A stretch of 64,000 bases of DNA from Octopus sinensis (GCF_006345805.1 NC_042997.1:187612001-187676000), one strand, 5' to 3'. Positions 49,520-63,383 are shown, counted from the stretch's first letter. The notes: generated by a model not told the origin, from the letters alone. Translations and numbers: made by a program.

Positions 49520-50523
49520 TTTGAAATATAAAAAGTATTTCAACATTTCCACCTTCAATTTCCAAACATTTAACCACTTAAATCAGTTGCCAGAACTCAC
49601 TGCATTTGCTATCAAGCAAAATATCAGTGTAATTGGTATACAAGAACACCATTTTCATCACAGCGATCTTGAACTAAAATATCATGATGCTGGAAATGAA
49701 TGGACCTTCATCTCTACTTCAGCATGGAAAGGCCCTAACAACTTTACACTGGAAGGTGTAGGAATGCTACTCAGTCCTCACACTCTGTGCTCACTCAACA
49801 GTATTGAAAAGATTCATCCTCAAATTATTATAGTAATCTTTAGTGGAAACTAACACACCACTTTTATATCTTGCTACAGTTTAACAAATGTCCCTGATGA
49901 AGCAGAGGTTGTTATATTTTACCATGAACTCTTTTTTCTTGTGAGACAAATATCTTGTCATAATGTCTTGTTTATAGGAGGTGATATGAATGCTCATCTT
50001 GCAAAGGCTGAATATAAATACAGCTTCCATGGAACAATGAATCAAAATAGAGAATATCTGCATGAATTCATATCTGAAAATGGTCTCATCTGTCTTAACA
50101 TAAGAAGTATGGAAAAAGGAAAATTTAATGAAATTTAATTCTTCTTCAACTCTATACCCTCAAAACTGTATAGAGAAATGGAGTGAAAGATGCATTTCTG
50201 AAAAAGGGAGATGTCGGTGCCACCAAAAACTACAAGAAGATTACTCTCACTGCCATATCTGCCACAGTTTACAATGCCATGCTAGTCAACTTTATCCAAG
50301 CCAGAGATCAAAAAAATCTTGAGGAAAAACCAGAATGGCTTAGATCAGCATTCACCCAGATTCACATACCTTTGAAGTAAAATTGCAAAGGAAGATCTGC
50401 CTGCAAGTAATGTTTATGTTTGAAATGACAATGCCTGGGCAGCTTTAAATAAATTATCAATGGTTTGAAAATCTAAGTTTCTATTAAATTTAAATGTGAT
50501 TTCTTTCAGGAAGGTGTGGAGTC

Positions 50524-50568
<45 letters not shown>

Positions 50569-50975
50569 GATGTACAACATAGACTCCTACAAAGTGTCTT
50601 GAAAAGAAAAATCAATGGAACTTATACAAGAATGTTTCAATCTGTTCTGGATATCTCCAGGAGACAACACCCTACAAAAGAACGTCTCTCTGGTAATTTA
50701 CCCCCAATATCACACATCATCACAGAAAGAAGAAGATTTATTGGACATTACTGGAGAGCAAAGGATGAGATTATCAGCGACATTCTTCTCTGAGAACTGA
50801 AGCATGAGTATGCAAACATTGGTAGATCACATTGAACCTACACAAAGCAACTGTGCAAGGACTCTAAGTGCACCCAAGAAGACCTACCACATGTAATGGC
50901 AGACTGAACAGACAGGAGAGACTGAGTCATGGTAATCCATGCAATAAGTGCAACCAGATGATGATGATGATGATG
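49520..50975 (+). mobile_element. Degenerate RTE-clade LINE of a second family (endonuclease, RT pieces, C-terminus, (GAT)n tail)
   Basis: NISTFNFQTF..VIGIQEHH..GVGMLLSP (APE); LFIGGDMNAHL; KKGDVGATKNYKKITL; RRRFIGHYWRAKDEIISDILL; ends GATGATGATGATGATGATG. Confidence 0.8.
50526..50565. repeat. 40-nt poly(T) run
   Basis: Direct reading. Confidence 0.9.
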
Positions 50976-52019
50976 CTGATATGAGCAACTAAACCAGATT
51001 TTAAAACAATATCTTATACTATTTAAGTATATTGCAGAATGTTTAGATCAGACAAGGTAACACACACAATTATTATTTGAGAAACATGGATTAACTACTA
51101 ATACTGAAAGCAGACAAATTCTATTCTTTAGATTAATGATTCCATTCTATAGGACTCTTCACAACAAATTAAGTTTATACAGAATCTTAGAAAATTTTCT
51201 TGCTACTATTGAGCATTTTGTTAATAATTAGTAGTATCAATAGAGTATGGAACAAAATGACTTGTGATGTTTAGTTATATCTCTCTAAGAAGTTCAAATC
51301 TTGCCATCCTTCCAAGGTTGATAAGTATCAGTGGTTTCTTCAATGAAAATGTATAGCCTGACAGGTAATATAATATCTCATCAATTTTTAATAGAAAATC
51401 AATTTATATATAATTGCAAGAAAACACTAGTTGTTTAATTTCATTATCATTTGCTAATTTTCTTTTGTAGAACACAATCACTGAATAATCAAGAAATGTG
51501 TAAACAGATCATTTAACTGTACCTCTGTACCTTAAAATGAATACAGATATAAATGATAGCTTGTAACATATTGGTTAAAAAAACCCTGGAATATGAAAAA
51601 GCTGCAAGCTAACTGTGGGATGAGAACTACATATTGCTTATTAGTTACTCTTTGGTACGTTTAATGTTCTAATTAAACATCTCTGCCAGAGATCACAACT
51701 CATTATTTGTGTACTCTAATATATACATGTACATAACATTCAGATTCCAGACTATTTCTTTATAACCTGTAGTTTGGTATGAGACTTTAGTATGAGCCTT
51801 TAGTACTCTGGCTGTAGTTTATCTACAGACCTATATACACACAACATTATATAAAATCAAGCATACAGATATCACCATGTTTTTAGTGTCACTGAACAAA
51901 TAAAAACAGAAATGAAAATAATGTATAATTTGCTACCACAATATTAAATTCTGTAGAATAGAAACACAGCTTTTATGTATATAAGTACCACTGATGCTAT
52001 ATTCCTGGTATGGCAACGG

Positions 52020-53388
52020 CAGGAGAAATACCTAAGCAAAGATAAAACCCTATATTTAACTTTTGTGGACTTGGAAAAAGCTTTTGACAGGAAGACGAAC
52101 ACATCACACACCCCTTCAAGTAGCATAGCCCTGCTCGATCTGTAGAAAAGGTGTAGGTACAAACTCCATAAGATGTACCCAGTGTAAGCTATGGACACAC
52201 AAGAGGTGCAGTAACATCAAAGGAAGATTAACTGGGAAGATAGCTTTCACATGCAACTGATGCACAGAGGCAATAAACACCACAGATGCTCAGAAAACAG
52301 ACTCCATCACATGCCAGGGGGAGAAACTAGAAGTAGTTGATAGCTTCCACTACCTAGGTGACCAAGTCTGTAGTGGGGGTGGATGAGTGTTACCACTAGA
52401 ATAAGAATAGCCTGAGCAAAGTTCAGAAAGCTTCTACCCCTACTGGTGACTAAGGGCCACTCACTCAGAGTGAAAGGTAGATTGTATGATGCATGTGTGT
52501 GAGCTGCCATGCTTCATGGCAGTGAAACATGGGCCATGACTGCTGAAGACAAGTGTAGGCTCGAAAGAAATTAAGTTAGCTTGATCTGCTGGATGTGTAG
52601 TGTCAGTGTGCACACATGACAGAGTGTAAGTGCCCTGAGAGAAATGTTAGACATAAGAAGCATCGGATGTGGTGTGCAAGAGAGACGTTTGCGTTGATAT
52701 GGTCATGTACTGCGGATGGACGAGGAGAGCTGTGAGAAGAAGTGCCACTCCCAAACAGTGGAAGGAATCCAGGGTAGAGGGAGACCCAGGAAAACATGGG
52801 ATGAGGTGGTGAAGCATGACCTTCAATTGTTGGGCCTCACAGAGGCAATGACAAAAGACAGAGACCTCTGGAGGTATGCTGTGACTAAGAAGACCTGGTA
52901 AATAAAGTGAGTCCACAGCCGTAACCTACACCAGTGTCACATAACCAGCACACTCAAAAGTATCTTGAATCGTAGGGCGACATGCCATACTTAAGGAGAC
53001 CTATTGAGTCAAATACATCAACATCAGCAATATCAAAATCAAATCAAATGGAAATTGTAGTTGTGAGCCCCGTGGTGGTAGCACGCAAAAAGCACCATCC
53101 AAACATGGCTGATGCCAATGCTGCTTTGACTGGCTTCCACGCCCATTGCATGTAAAAAGTAACATCCAATCATGGTTGATACCAGCTCCTCTGGCCCCTG
53201 TGCCGATGGCACAGAAAAAGCACCCACTACACTCTCAAAGTGGTTGGTGTTAGGAAGGGCATCCAGCTGTAGAAACACTGCCTGATCAGATTGGGGCCTG
53301 GTGCAGCCTCCTGGCTTCCCAGACCCCAGTCAAACCGTCAAACCCATGCCAGCATGGAAAACGGACGTTAAATGATGATGATGATGAT
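52020..53388 (+). mobile_element. RTE LINE 3' part: RT remnant, ORF end and 3' UTR array (subfamily 2)
   Basis: FVDLEKAFDR (about 52060-52090); SFHYLGDQ; GRGRPRKTWDEVVKHDLQLLGLTEAMTKDRDLWRYAV with stop about 52901; then the UTR, 3 units, core motif and (GAT)n. Confidence 0.9.
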
Positions 53389-53508
53389 ATATATATATAT
53401 ATATATATTTTATTATATTATATTATATTATATTATATTATATATATATATATATTATATTATATATATATATATTATATTATATATATATATATAATAT
53501 ATATATAT
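53389..53508. repeat. (TA)n/(TATTA)n microsatellite
   Basis: Direct reading. Confidence 0.9.
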
Positions 53509-54368
53509 AACAAGACTACACCAAAATGCAATGGAAAACAGCCTATTAAATTCAATTACCTCATACTAATTCAATAGAAATTTTTTTCAATATATTATCT
53601 GACACAAACAGTGTCAAATTATTTATTTATTTTTTGTGTCTGTTAAGAGTCTAAAGGAGAGAATGTTGTATTGTGTTTTTAAGTATAAGCGTTTGACTGA
53701 GGCATAAGCATTTTACTTTGTCTTTTTAATGGTTGATGAATGTATAGTAGGATGTGTGTGTGTATGCAAACAAAGAACTAAATTTCAGCCTCTTAATAAG
53801 AATGATGCTAGAGATGGTTAAAGTTGAAGTTGAAGTGGTTGTGGTTGCAGTGGCTTAGGTGGTAGTTAATGAATATCAATTTGGAGACAGAAACTTAAAA
53901 CATGAAAGAAGAGTAGTTAAGTTCTTAAATTTCTGCTGTAATAGAAATTTTGTGTATCAGCCCCAGATCAGTTTCACTGCACTGAAATAGCTTCATGCTA
54001 AAAGCTCAATGTACTGTCATTGACCTTACTTAAGCTTTTGACTGACCTAGCCTCAAACTAGCTACAACTATATTCATCTACTCTTCTGGTAGGGTTTCTT
54101 ATTAGTTACCTTAACACCAAACTCTTTCAAATGTATCTGATGTGATACATTAATGGACAACAGGTGCCAAAGAATAAAACAGGTTCTCAAGAAGCTAAAT
54201 TGATCAAATTTCAAAGTTCTATACCTATGCAATCAGTGTATATTTTGGACCTTAAGTTTCATCACCAGCCCTATACGAACCAACATGAAAGACTCTCTGT
54301 GGTTAGTCAACCTTCAAGAAGCAGCAACAAAATCTCCTTTAAATAACAAAAAATGCACAAATCAAAAA

Positions 54369-54695
54369 TACTTTCTCTTTGACTTACAACCTATGCGACT
54401 TATGACCATCCGCACTTACAACCATAAAAAATAATAAATAAAAATAAATAAATAAAAATTGATTTTTGGATGTTGGGCAGCTACATACATGATAACTATG
54501 GCAGCATCTGGCAATACAGGCTTCCCTCAAACCCAGGCATCCACTGCCTGCCACTGTCTCTCGCTCAATCACTTTCAAGCATCAGTTGTGTTTGAATGAA
54601 AATAGTGTTGAAAAATATAAACTGACATATGTCCAGATCGACTTACGAACTGTCAATCAGAACGGAACTCAATCATAAGTCGAGGAGAAGGTGTA
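54369..54695. mobile_element. Tigger/pogo-like MITE, decayed
   Basis: Imperfect terminal inverted repeats TACTTTCTCTTTGACTTACAA and TCATAAGTCGAGGAGAAGGTGTA; internal GACTTACGA repeats. Confidence 0.5.
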
Positions 54696-55605
54696 ATATC
54701 TAAATTCACTATATGGGGGGAAGGGAAATGGGGGTGTGGAATCAACCCAAAATAACCTCAGCTCAAATATCTCTGATCATAAGTCTCTGCTTGATCAGGA
54801 CTGATCTACACCTAAACAAAAATAACATTGAACAACATTAGAGGTTACTTCCATATAAATATTCTGAATGTGTAACTAGTACTTCAATAAAACTAGAGTT
54901 TGTGAATAGGTAGTAATTACATTTACTAATCTTATATAACAGTAGAAAGGAGAACATATCGAATAACTGGCATATATATTATAAAAAGATATTTATAAAG
55001 TTTAAAAAAAATATATTTCAAAGATTGCTATATAATTTCAAAGTGACTGTCTTGTTTGGTAGTATCTGAGGGAGTATTCACACATTTTATTATAGAGTGT
55101 ACTAGTGTTAGCTTTCTCACTTATACTTTCTAAAATGCAATATACTTGGTATAACTAAAGTGTAATGATTATAATATTCAAGGACCATTATTAGACTGGC
55201 CTTTTTTTGGTAAGTAGGAATGGCTGGCACAAGTAGATAAAATTAGTACTTTTGTGTGTTATAACATATCAATGTATCCATGTGTATGCGTGTATAGAGA
55301 GAAGGGGGAAAAAGAGGGTGGGAAAGAGTAAATATACAGAAGAACTGAAATAAAAAGATAATTTGTGGTATCTGATGCGTGGTATTTCGTGCTCCTGATT
55401 TATATCAAAACAATAAAGCAAATACTGTAAACCATCATACTTGGAGTGTTCAATATCAACATTTTATTCTGGTTTTTCCAATCCACTTACATAAATCCAA
55501 CTAGTATAGAAGCTATAAACATTTTCATATTAAATGACCTACATACACTAATCACTTTATCTACTCCCTTAATTGTAATAGACTCCATATATTTCTCACT
55601 TGATT

Positions 55606-56003
55606 CTCTTTTACTTGTTTCAGTCATTTGACTGCAGCCATGCTGGAGCACCGCCTTTAGTCGAGCAAATCGACCCCGGGACTTATTCTTTGTAAGCCCA
55701 GTACTTATTCTATCGGTCTATTTTGCCGAACCGCTAAGTGACGGGGGACGTAAACACACCAGCATCGGTTGTCAAGCAATGCTAGGAGGACAAACACAGA
55801 CACACAAACACACGCACACATACATATATATATACATATATATACGACAGGCTTCTTTCAGTTTCCGTCTACCAAATCCACTCACAAGGCATTGGTCGGC
55901 CCGGGGCTATAGCAGAAGACACTTGCCCAAGATGCCATGCAGTGGGACTGAACCCGGAACCATGTGGTTGGTTAGCAAGCTACTTACCACACAGCCACTC
56001 CTA
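55606..56003 (-). mobile_element. Composite SINE family A, well preserved
   Basis: Reverse complement of the 12200-12585 architecture; retains many CpGs. Confidence 0.9.
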
Positions 56004-56845
56004 CATATATCTTTCTGTTCCAGTTAGTTTTATCAGTCACATCACATCCAATTATACAGAGTCCTATTTGTGTCTCCAACATTTTCAATAACTAAAGTCT
56101 GCCAGATGATGAGACATTTCCTAAGTTTATGCAGGTAGTCGTCAGTAATTAGAAAATCCAATCTACCTGCATCCACAACTTTTCTAAATGTCGCACACTC
56201 AACACTTCAAAGTGGTTTACAAAGAAAATGAAAGATAACTATGAAAATAAGAGATTAACCATCAACGCTTAGAAAATATCGGTCACTTGTGCTTAACAGA
56301 AATTTCCAATCTCTGAAAGAGTTATGCAGTTTTTATATAGTTTCTTAATACTAAATAATTTGAATATGATGTTTAAAAGACCTTCACCAATGCATTAAAT
56401 CATGGCACATAAGTTGCAATAGATATTAAACACACACACACACACATTCTATTTTTAATCAGCAGAAATTACAAAGTGACTCAAGAGCTTCATGCATGCC
56501 ACTTATACCTACTTATATATATATATATGCTCATGTTTTGAGTTCTGTTTAGTGTGTGTGTGCAGAAGGATGCACACATAAATGTTTCATGACTGATGTT
56601 ACTTCTGTACCATGATTTCAAGCTGTTGCAAAGATCTTTTGTCCATGATACAGAAGTAATAAGAAACTTTATGAAACTACATGCAACTGCATGAACCTTC
56701 CAGAAATTGAAAATTTCTGGAAGTGCTAGTGGCTGATATTGTCCTCCTTTTTTTCTTAAGGTTAGTCTCTTATTTTCTTAGTTGTCTTGCATTTTCTTCA
56801 TAAACAAGCTAGTGACATTCAGTTACTAACTCTATACATGGTATG

Positions 56846-56930
<85 letters not shown>

Positions 56931-57479
56931 CACACACAACCCTAATGCTATGGCTACCTCAAATTGTGGAATTTCATACTTAAAGAAATTGTAAAGTATT
57001 ACCACTAATTTCTAATTTCAGGATATAATCTGTAATTTTGCTCTCACAGAAACTCAGATAAATTTTAAGGTTTTAAAAACTACTTTTTCTTCTTAAAAGA
57101 CAGGTCGCTTCTCTGAGTTTTAGCTAAGATCAAAGTATATTAACAACTGAAAACATATAATTGTCCCTCTCCCCTCCCCTTTGCTCTCCCTCATGTACCT
57201 ACCTGCACACAATATGTCCCTGTTCAATCCCTTTTCCACAATATATTCTCCTAATACCCCCATCCCTCTACCAGCACCCACTCATTACATCACCCCTTCT
57301 AGCTCCCACTCTCCTTTCAAAATCTTGTGAATTCACCCACTCACACTCTCCAATCCCTGATCTACTTCACTATATACTTGGGTATAACAGGAACTTGGGT
57401 GTACAGCTCCTGCCTCCTCCCCACCACATCTTCACTATCTGTCTCCCTTCTCCTTACATCTGAGGCAGCCAAGATTCTG

Positions 57480-57750
57480 TTCTAATGCAAGACACCTTTT
57501 GTGTCACTCAACACTTCTCCTCCCAGTTGGTGGGTCTAGTCCTACAAGTTACTTGGTGATCTCACTACTGCTGGTACCACATAAAATGCACTCACTATAC
57601 TCTGTAAAGTGGTTGGCTTTAAGAAGTGCATTCAACCACAGAAACCATTCCAAAACAAACAGCAGAGTTTGGTGCTGTCTTCTGAATTGTCAGTTGTTGT
57701 CAAACCGTTCTACACATGTCAGCATGGAAAACAGATGTTAAATGATGATG
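57480..57750 (+). mobile_element. RTE-related 3' end of a third type
   Basis: CAAGTTACTTGGTGATCTCACTACTGCTGGTACCACATAAAATGCAC..GTAAAGTGGTTGGC..CATGGAAAACAGATGTTAAATGATGATGAT; sister copy at 59420-59630. Confidence 0.65.
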
Positions 57751-58059
57751 ATACATATATATATATGTGTGTGTGTGTGTGTATTTGTGCATGTGTATAT
57801 GTATATACATATATCTATAGATACACACACACACACACAGATAGACAAAAAAACACATACACATATATATACTTATATGTGTGTAGGTGTGGGGATGTGT
57901 ATGCAAGTGTTTATAAACACTTCTTATGGAGAGTGAGATGGAATTTTAAACTGAATATTTGTGTGTGTTCACATATATTTTCTTGGATCTCAATGAGTAT
58001 GTATGTATGTATGTATGTGTATATATACACACACACATATATATATGTATATGCATATA

Positions 58060-58270
58060 TGTCTGGTCTTTGCCGTGATAGATCGCTAGCCACTACACAT
58101 TCTTTATTTTCTCTCCTTGTTTCTTTTTGTGTTCCTTTCTGTAGATGAGCGTAGGCTTGAAATGTTAAAGACTTTTACACTTCCCGAGCATTATACTAAT
58201 ACACCTGTTTGTTGTCTACACCACCTGTCTTCGTCTTTTGTTGTTTTTTTTTTTGTGAATTCTCCCCAAA
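58060..58270 (+). repeat. Dispersed repeat, Penelope-like terminal fragment (tentative class)
   Basis: Inverted copy of 19495-19640. Confidence 0.6.
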
Positions 58271-58329
58271 TATATATATACACACACACACACATGTATA
58301 TATAAAGCACCATTAGAGCATGGCCAATA

Positions 58330-58579
58330 CCAGTACAGCCTGACTAGTACCCATGCCAGTGGTAAATAAAAACCACCTGTGCCAGTGGCACATAAAAAGC
58401 ACCCACCACACTCTCAGGGTGGTTGGCATTAGGAAGGGCATCCAGCTGCAGAAACCTTGCCAAATCAGAATGGGGCCTGGTGCAGCCTCCCAGCTTACCA
58501 GTTCTCAGTCAAACCATCCAACTCATGACAGCATGGAAAGCAGACATTAAACGACACTAATGATGTCGATGATGATGAT
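58330..58579 (+). mobile_element. RTE 3' UTR fragment
   Basis: GTGCCAGTGGCACATAAAAAGCACCCAC..GGAAGGGCATCCAGCTGCAG..GATGATGAT. Confidence 0.8.
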
Positions 58580-58590
58580 ATATGTATATA

Positions 58591-59090
58591 TACAGGGTGC
58601 GATGGGTATATTGTGGCCATTTTATATTCTTAATTTCAAGCATGCACATTGTTTGTTTTTGATTTTGCTCACTACACATCATAGAAGGGTCAGTTGGGCA
58701 CCACCTGTAAGGAAAATAACACCATGACACAATTCCCTCTGCTAGAAATTTGGAAACAACATGCTGTACTGCTTAGCATTAGTGCCGGAAGCTCCAAAAC
58801 AAATGTTTCAGAGTGTTTGGAAAGAGTTGGATAAGTCTAATGGTGATTATGAAGGTACGGCAGCGCGGAAAACTCACTCTGATCATTCTAATAAAATAAG
58901 AACTCCTAAATTTGTTGGTGAGAACTAGACCATGATTGACAACAAACCCTCCAAGTCAATCAGGTCCATCAAGTGCCTAGCAGAGGTAGTGCTGTCCTGG
59001 GTTAAGAGGGTGGCCGCTGGAAGATCCTTTGTCTGGCAACAGGAGTCTGTACCATGCCACACAAGCAGGAGAACACAGCCATATTTTCTA
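58591..59090 (+). mobile_element. Internally deleted Tc1/mariner transposon
   Basis: Left end TACAGGGTGCGATGGG; N-terminal MTQFPLLEIWKQHAVLL..YEGTAARKTHSD..MIDNKPSKSIRSI fused directly to catalytic-region KCLAEVVLSWVKRVAAGRSFVWQQESVPCHTSRRTQ. Confidence 0.8.
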
Positions 59091-59185
59091 ACTGGGGTAG
59101 ACATGACTCTCCCCCACAGCACGACAGCTGTTTTAGTCTCCTATCACACTAGATTCTAAACAACTGGCATAAAACCACATATCTC

Positions 59186-59409
59186 TATTTATTTCTTTAT
59201 TGCTCACATAGAGGGGAAAAACAAGGACAGACAAAGGGATTAAGTTGATTACATCGACCCCAGTGCATAACTGGTACTTATTTCATCGACCCTGAAAGGA
59301 TGAAAGGCAAAGTCGACCTCGGCAGAATTTGAACTCAGAATGTAACGGGTGACGAAATACCGCTAAGCATTTCGCCTGGCATGCTAACGATTCTGCCAGC
59401 TCGCCGCCC
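59186..59409 (-). mobile_element. SINE family B
   Basis: Near identical to 35138-35371. Confidence 0.88.
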
Positions 59410-59639
59410 ATCTCTCTATACTACACCACTCAGTTGGGAGGGCTTGTTTTGCAAGTTGCTTGGTGACCTCACTAGTGCTGGTACCACAGAAAAAGCACTC
59501 TGTAAAGTGGCTAGTATTAGGAGGGGCATCCAGTTGTAGAAGCCATACCAAAGCAGACAATAAAGTGTGACTCTTCAAGCTCATCAGATCCTGTCAAACC
59601 ATTCAACTCATGCCAACATGGGAAGATAAGGCATTTTTG

Positions 59640-60900
59640 TGTGTGTATTTCCTGAAGTATAGGTGTCATCGTGGAAGCACCAGATATCAAAAGACAGTTA
59701 ATGGAGTGGTTTGATGTGCTGAAATGGCAGGACATATACTGGCACAGGGTGTAGTGAAAAATGCTCATGAAATACATTACCCAGATGATGCCCTCTTTCA
59801 CTAGTGAGTAGAGCACCACCAAGTTTGCATATAATGTAGTATATAATGTTGGCAAATATGCAGCAAAAGGTTTGGGTGATTTGGCATTATGATTTCAAGC
59901 CTGTGATTGTTATGGTGTTACAGATGTAGAGACTGGTGTGACATGTCAGTGAGTATTGAAAATATTTACTTTAGAGAGCATCTAGCTAAAAGGTCACAGA
60001 AATTCATGTCTCTTTTGATGGAGAGGTGTTGCAGAACTAAGGTGCTTATGATGTCAGAGAGTAAAAACCTAGAAGTTGCAGAGAAGTGTGTGTTTCACTG
60101 GGAGGGTAGCTGAGTGGAAGATGAAGTGTATAGTATGTACAACAATCAAAGGTACCTTTGAGTAAGAAAGGGCATTACAACTCTTCGGATTTCCGATTTA
60201 GAGTTGAAAGTCAAATCAGTGCTACATGATCAATGAAATTACAAGAATTGATAGATGTGGATAATGGATTTGGTATGTGGAGTGAGAAAAGGAGAAGTCA
60301 GCTTTTAGTGGATGGAGGAGAACAGGTGGATGCCATTGACAACAGTGTAAGAGATGAAGTGGGTTGATCATTGGTAGTGAATAGGTGGTCATGCAATCAC
60401 CAATATAGCAGCAAGTGTACAGCTCAAAAGAAGGTTAATTAAGCTGGACAAAACTCATGCATAGCCTACAAAGAGTTTAGCATAATTGGGATCCATCTTA
60501 ATTATAATAGTGAGCTTGAAGATCTGTTGTTAAACTCACCAGAGAAGGAGAAACAAATGTGAATATGGCTAAGTTTGGTTAGATGAAGATTGGTGGTACT
60601 GAATTCAATTATAGGCTGACTGTCTAGGAATAAAGTTTAAGGGCTAATAGGCCATCACAGTAATTTTATATCCATGATGAACAGAAGTTTGGAGGGTTTT
60701 GAGAAGGAATGAGAATGAGTTGAAAATATTTAGAGTATGATTCATGTCCTTAATGTATGATGGTAAAACAGAGATAAGAGGTGACAGCTGTTTGTCAAAA
60801 TACTCAGAGGAATTTGGCGGGACACTTATAGATGGAGGCAATGGAGCAGCTTGGATTGTTGGTTTGGGAGATTTGGGGAGGAATTAACGTTGGAAGACCA
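59640..60900 (-). mobile_element. Degenerate Penelope-like element RT
   Basis: YFDKQLSPLISVLPSYIKDMNHTLNIFNSFSF; CFSFSGE; KMDPNYAKLFVGY; IGDCM. These are Penelope/Poseidon RT motifs with frameshifts. Confidence 0.75.
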
Positions 60901-61076
60901 GGGTATAGTAGTTTAACTAACTTTACTTGATGGCACTTAGGCAAATTATGGAGATACTGTATTTCCCCGAAGGACCTTGAAAAGGAGAAAAGTAGGAAAA
61001 TGTAGTGTTAACTCTGATAAATTTCAGGCCTTATGCCTATAGTAGAAAGGATTATTAGTCAATTTGTTTGTTATTT

Positions 61077-61338
61077 AACCAACTAAATAATCAACTGTTT
61101 GTTTAATCAGTTAGTTAAACAAGCAATCAGTTGTCTGATCAATCAATCTTTTCATCACTATTCGTGACCTCATCAATGATATGCCCCCTCCCCTCAAGGT
61201 CTGCTTCAAATCTGTCTCAGAACTGGAGGAGAGAAGGCATGTCATTGATGAGGTCACAAATGGCGACAAAAGACTGACAGACAACCAACTGATAGTTTAA
61301 CCGGCTAACTAAGCAAATGATAGATTAGTTGGTTGGTT
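61077..61338. repeat. Imperfect fold-back, about 260 bp, with a 26-bp core stem
   Basis: 61160-61185 ATTCGTGACCTCATCAATGATATGCC versus the reverse complement of 61236-61261 (2 mismatches); weaker pairing extends inward and outward. Confidence 0.8.
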
Positions 61339-62072
61339 ACATAACTAACCAACTGATGAATAATAAAGAAGTGAAACTGAACCAGTGCATGAATTTATTA
61401 CTGGCATAATAACCTCACCAACTCAAGATACAATAAAATAATGTTACACATTGATTCATATTAATTTGGTGGATTTTAACCCTCTTCTCTTACTGCTTGT
61501 CAACGTGAATATATTTTAGTTGTTCAATGTTCCAATGATTAAAAATTGCTATCACCTACATAACACTGTCTAACAAATAAATCACTGATTCCTAGGGTGG
61601 AGCAACTGGATCGAGTATGTCTAGTACAGGGTGAGATGGTGGTTGGTGAGGAGCAGTTAATTATTTGGGTCAGATCTCTGGTGAGTTGTTGCCTGTAAAT
61701 CTTATACATACGTGACATACAATCAATTTGGAAGCAGACATCTTAGAAAGCAGCACACAGTAAGAGTATAAAAACCCACACCAGTGTAATAATATAACAC
61801 AAGATATATGGAGAAAGAGGTGGAGTGGAAAAGAAAAGGAAGAGAGAAAGAGAGAGAAGAAAGGTATGGGTATATATATATAGTGGCAGACTAAGTGTAG
61901 ACAGCAGTGTTAAGTAGGTCGACAAAGAGAGTGGATAAAGAACAGCTTGTAGCTTTATGACCATAGAAAAACCAAGTCTAGACACACTTGTTGGACACGA
62001 GACACTCAGCAGCTGATAGTTCAGTTTTTACTATTACTCTCTTTATCTGCATTTGGTTCCATCTCTCTCTCT

Positions 62073-62107
<35 letters not shown>

Positions 62108-62265
62108 TGCATGTGTGTGTGTGTGTGTGTCTAGCAGGACAAAGAAGAGAGAGACATATACCTAAACACACACCTATACATACACACACATGCACATGTG
62201 CATATGTATGTATGTATACATGTGCATGTAGGTATATAAAAATGTACATGTATATTATATATATG

Positions 62266-62404
62266 TGTAGCTTGCTTACCAATCACATGGTTCCGGGTTC
62301 AGTCCCACTGCATTGCACCTTAGGCAAGTGTCTTCTACTATAGCCTCGGGCCAACCAAAGCCTTGTGAGTGGATTTGGTAGACGGAAACTGAAAGAAGCC
62401 TGTC

Positions 62405-62443
<39 letters not shown>

Positions 62444-62630
62444 TGTGTTTGTCCCCACCATCGCTTGACAACCGATGCTGGTGTGCTTATGTCCCTGTGA
62501 CTTTGTGGTTCAGCAAAAAGAGATGGATAGAATAAATACTAGGCTTACAAAGAATAAGTCCTGGGATAGATTTATTCGACTAAAAGGCAGTGCTCCAGCC
62601 TGGCTGCAGTCAAATGACTGTAACAAGTAA
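62266..62630 (+). mobile_element. Composite SINE family A with (TG)n core
   Basis: Same architecture as 12200-12585. Confidence 0.88.
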
Positions 62631-63096
62631 AATAATAATAGAATACACACACACACACAATTATTCTATATGTCTGTGTGTATGTGTGTACATACATAAC
62701 CAGCAGCTGTGCTAAGTAAAGAAAATAGCTGAAAATTACAGAACTGTAAAATAATTTACTTGGATTAACATTTAAAGGAATTTTTATTCTATTATGTGTC
62801 TGCATTTTTTAATATTTTCATTCAATTAAACATATTACGGACACAGTTATGGTTTACTTCATATCACGTGGTTCTGAATGTGATCCCACTATGCAGCACC
62901 TAAGGCAACTGTCTGTCTTTACAAAAACCTCAGTTTGACCAGTGGAAGCCTCTCAAATATGTATACATGTTTCTTTGGATGTGTATATATCAATATAAAT
63001 TAGGTATAGTGAGTAATGTTACTTGACACAAAAAAAAGGCTCCAAAAGCAACTTAGCCATTTAATAAAGATCAATAAAATATAACTAAATATTATA

Positions 63097-63313
63097 ATCA
63101 TCATCATCATCGTTTAACGTCCGTTTCCCATGCTAGCATGGGTTGGATGGTTCAACTGGGGTCTGGGAAGCCAGAAGGCTACGCCAGGCCCAGTCTGATC
63201 TGGCAGTGTTTCTCCAGCTGGATACCCTTCCTAACGCCAACCACTCCGAGAGTGTAGTGGGTGCTTTTTATGTGCCACCTGCACAGGGGCCAGACAAGGC
63301 TGGCAAACGGCCA
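63097..63313 (-). mobile_element. RTE 3' end fragment
   Basis: (ATC)n-GTTTAACGTCCG..GGATACCCTTCCTAACGCCAACC..GGTGCTTTTTATGTGCCACC. Confidence 0.85.
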
Positions 63314-63383
63314 TCAAATATAATTATCTAAATCACTTGAATGTGGTGAGTCAGCATGGCGTATGTACATATACAGATATAGA

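Noticed and set aside
56040-56230. Minus-strand open stretch VECATFRKVVDAGRLDFLITDDYL.. as a possible upstream exon
   Set aside because: No recognisable homology, no convincing YAG acceptor, and it ends in a stop rather than at a donor.
57609-58148. Long His/Thr/Tyr/Cys-rich ORFs (also 48359-48606, 62043-62343, 63363-63592)
   Set aside because: Translations of CA/TA microsatellites and repeat fragments.
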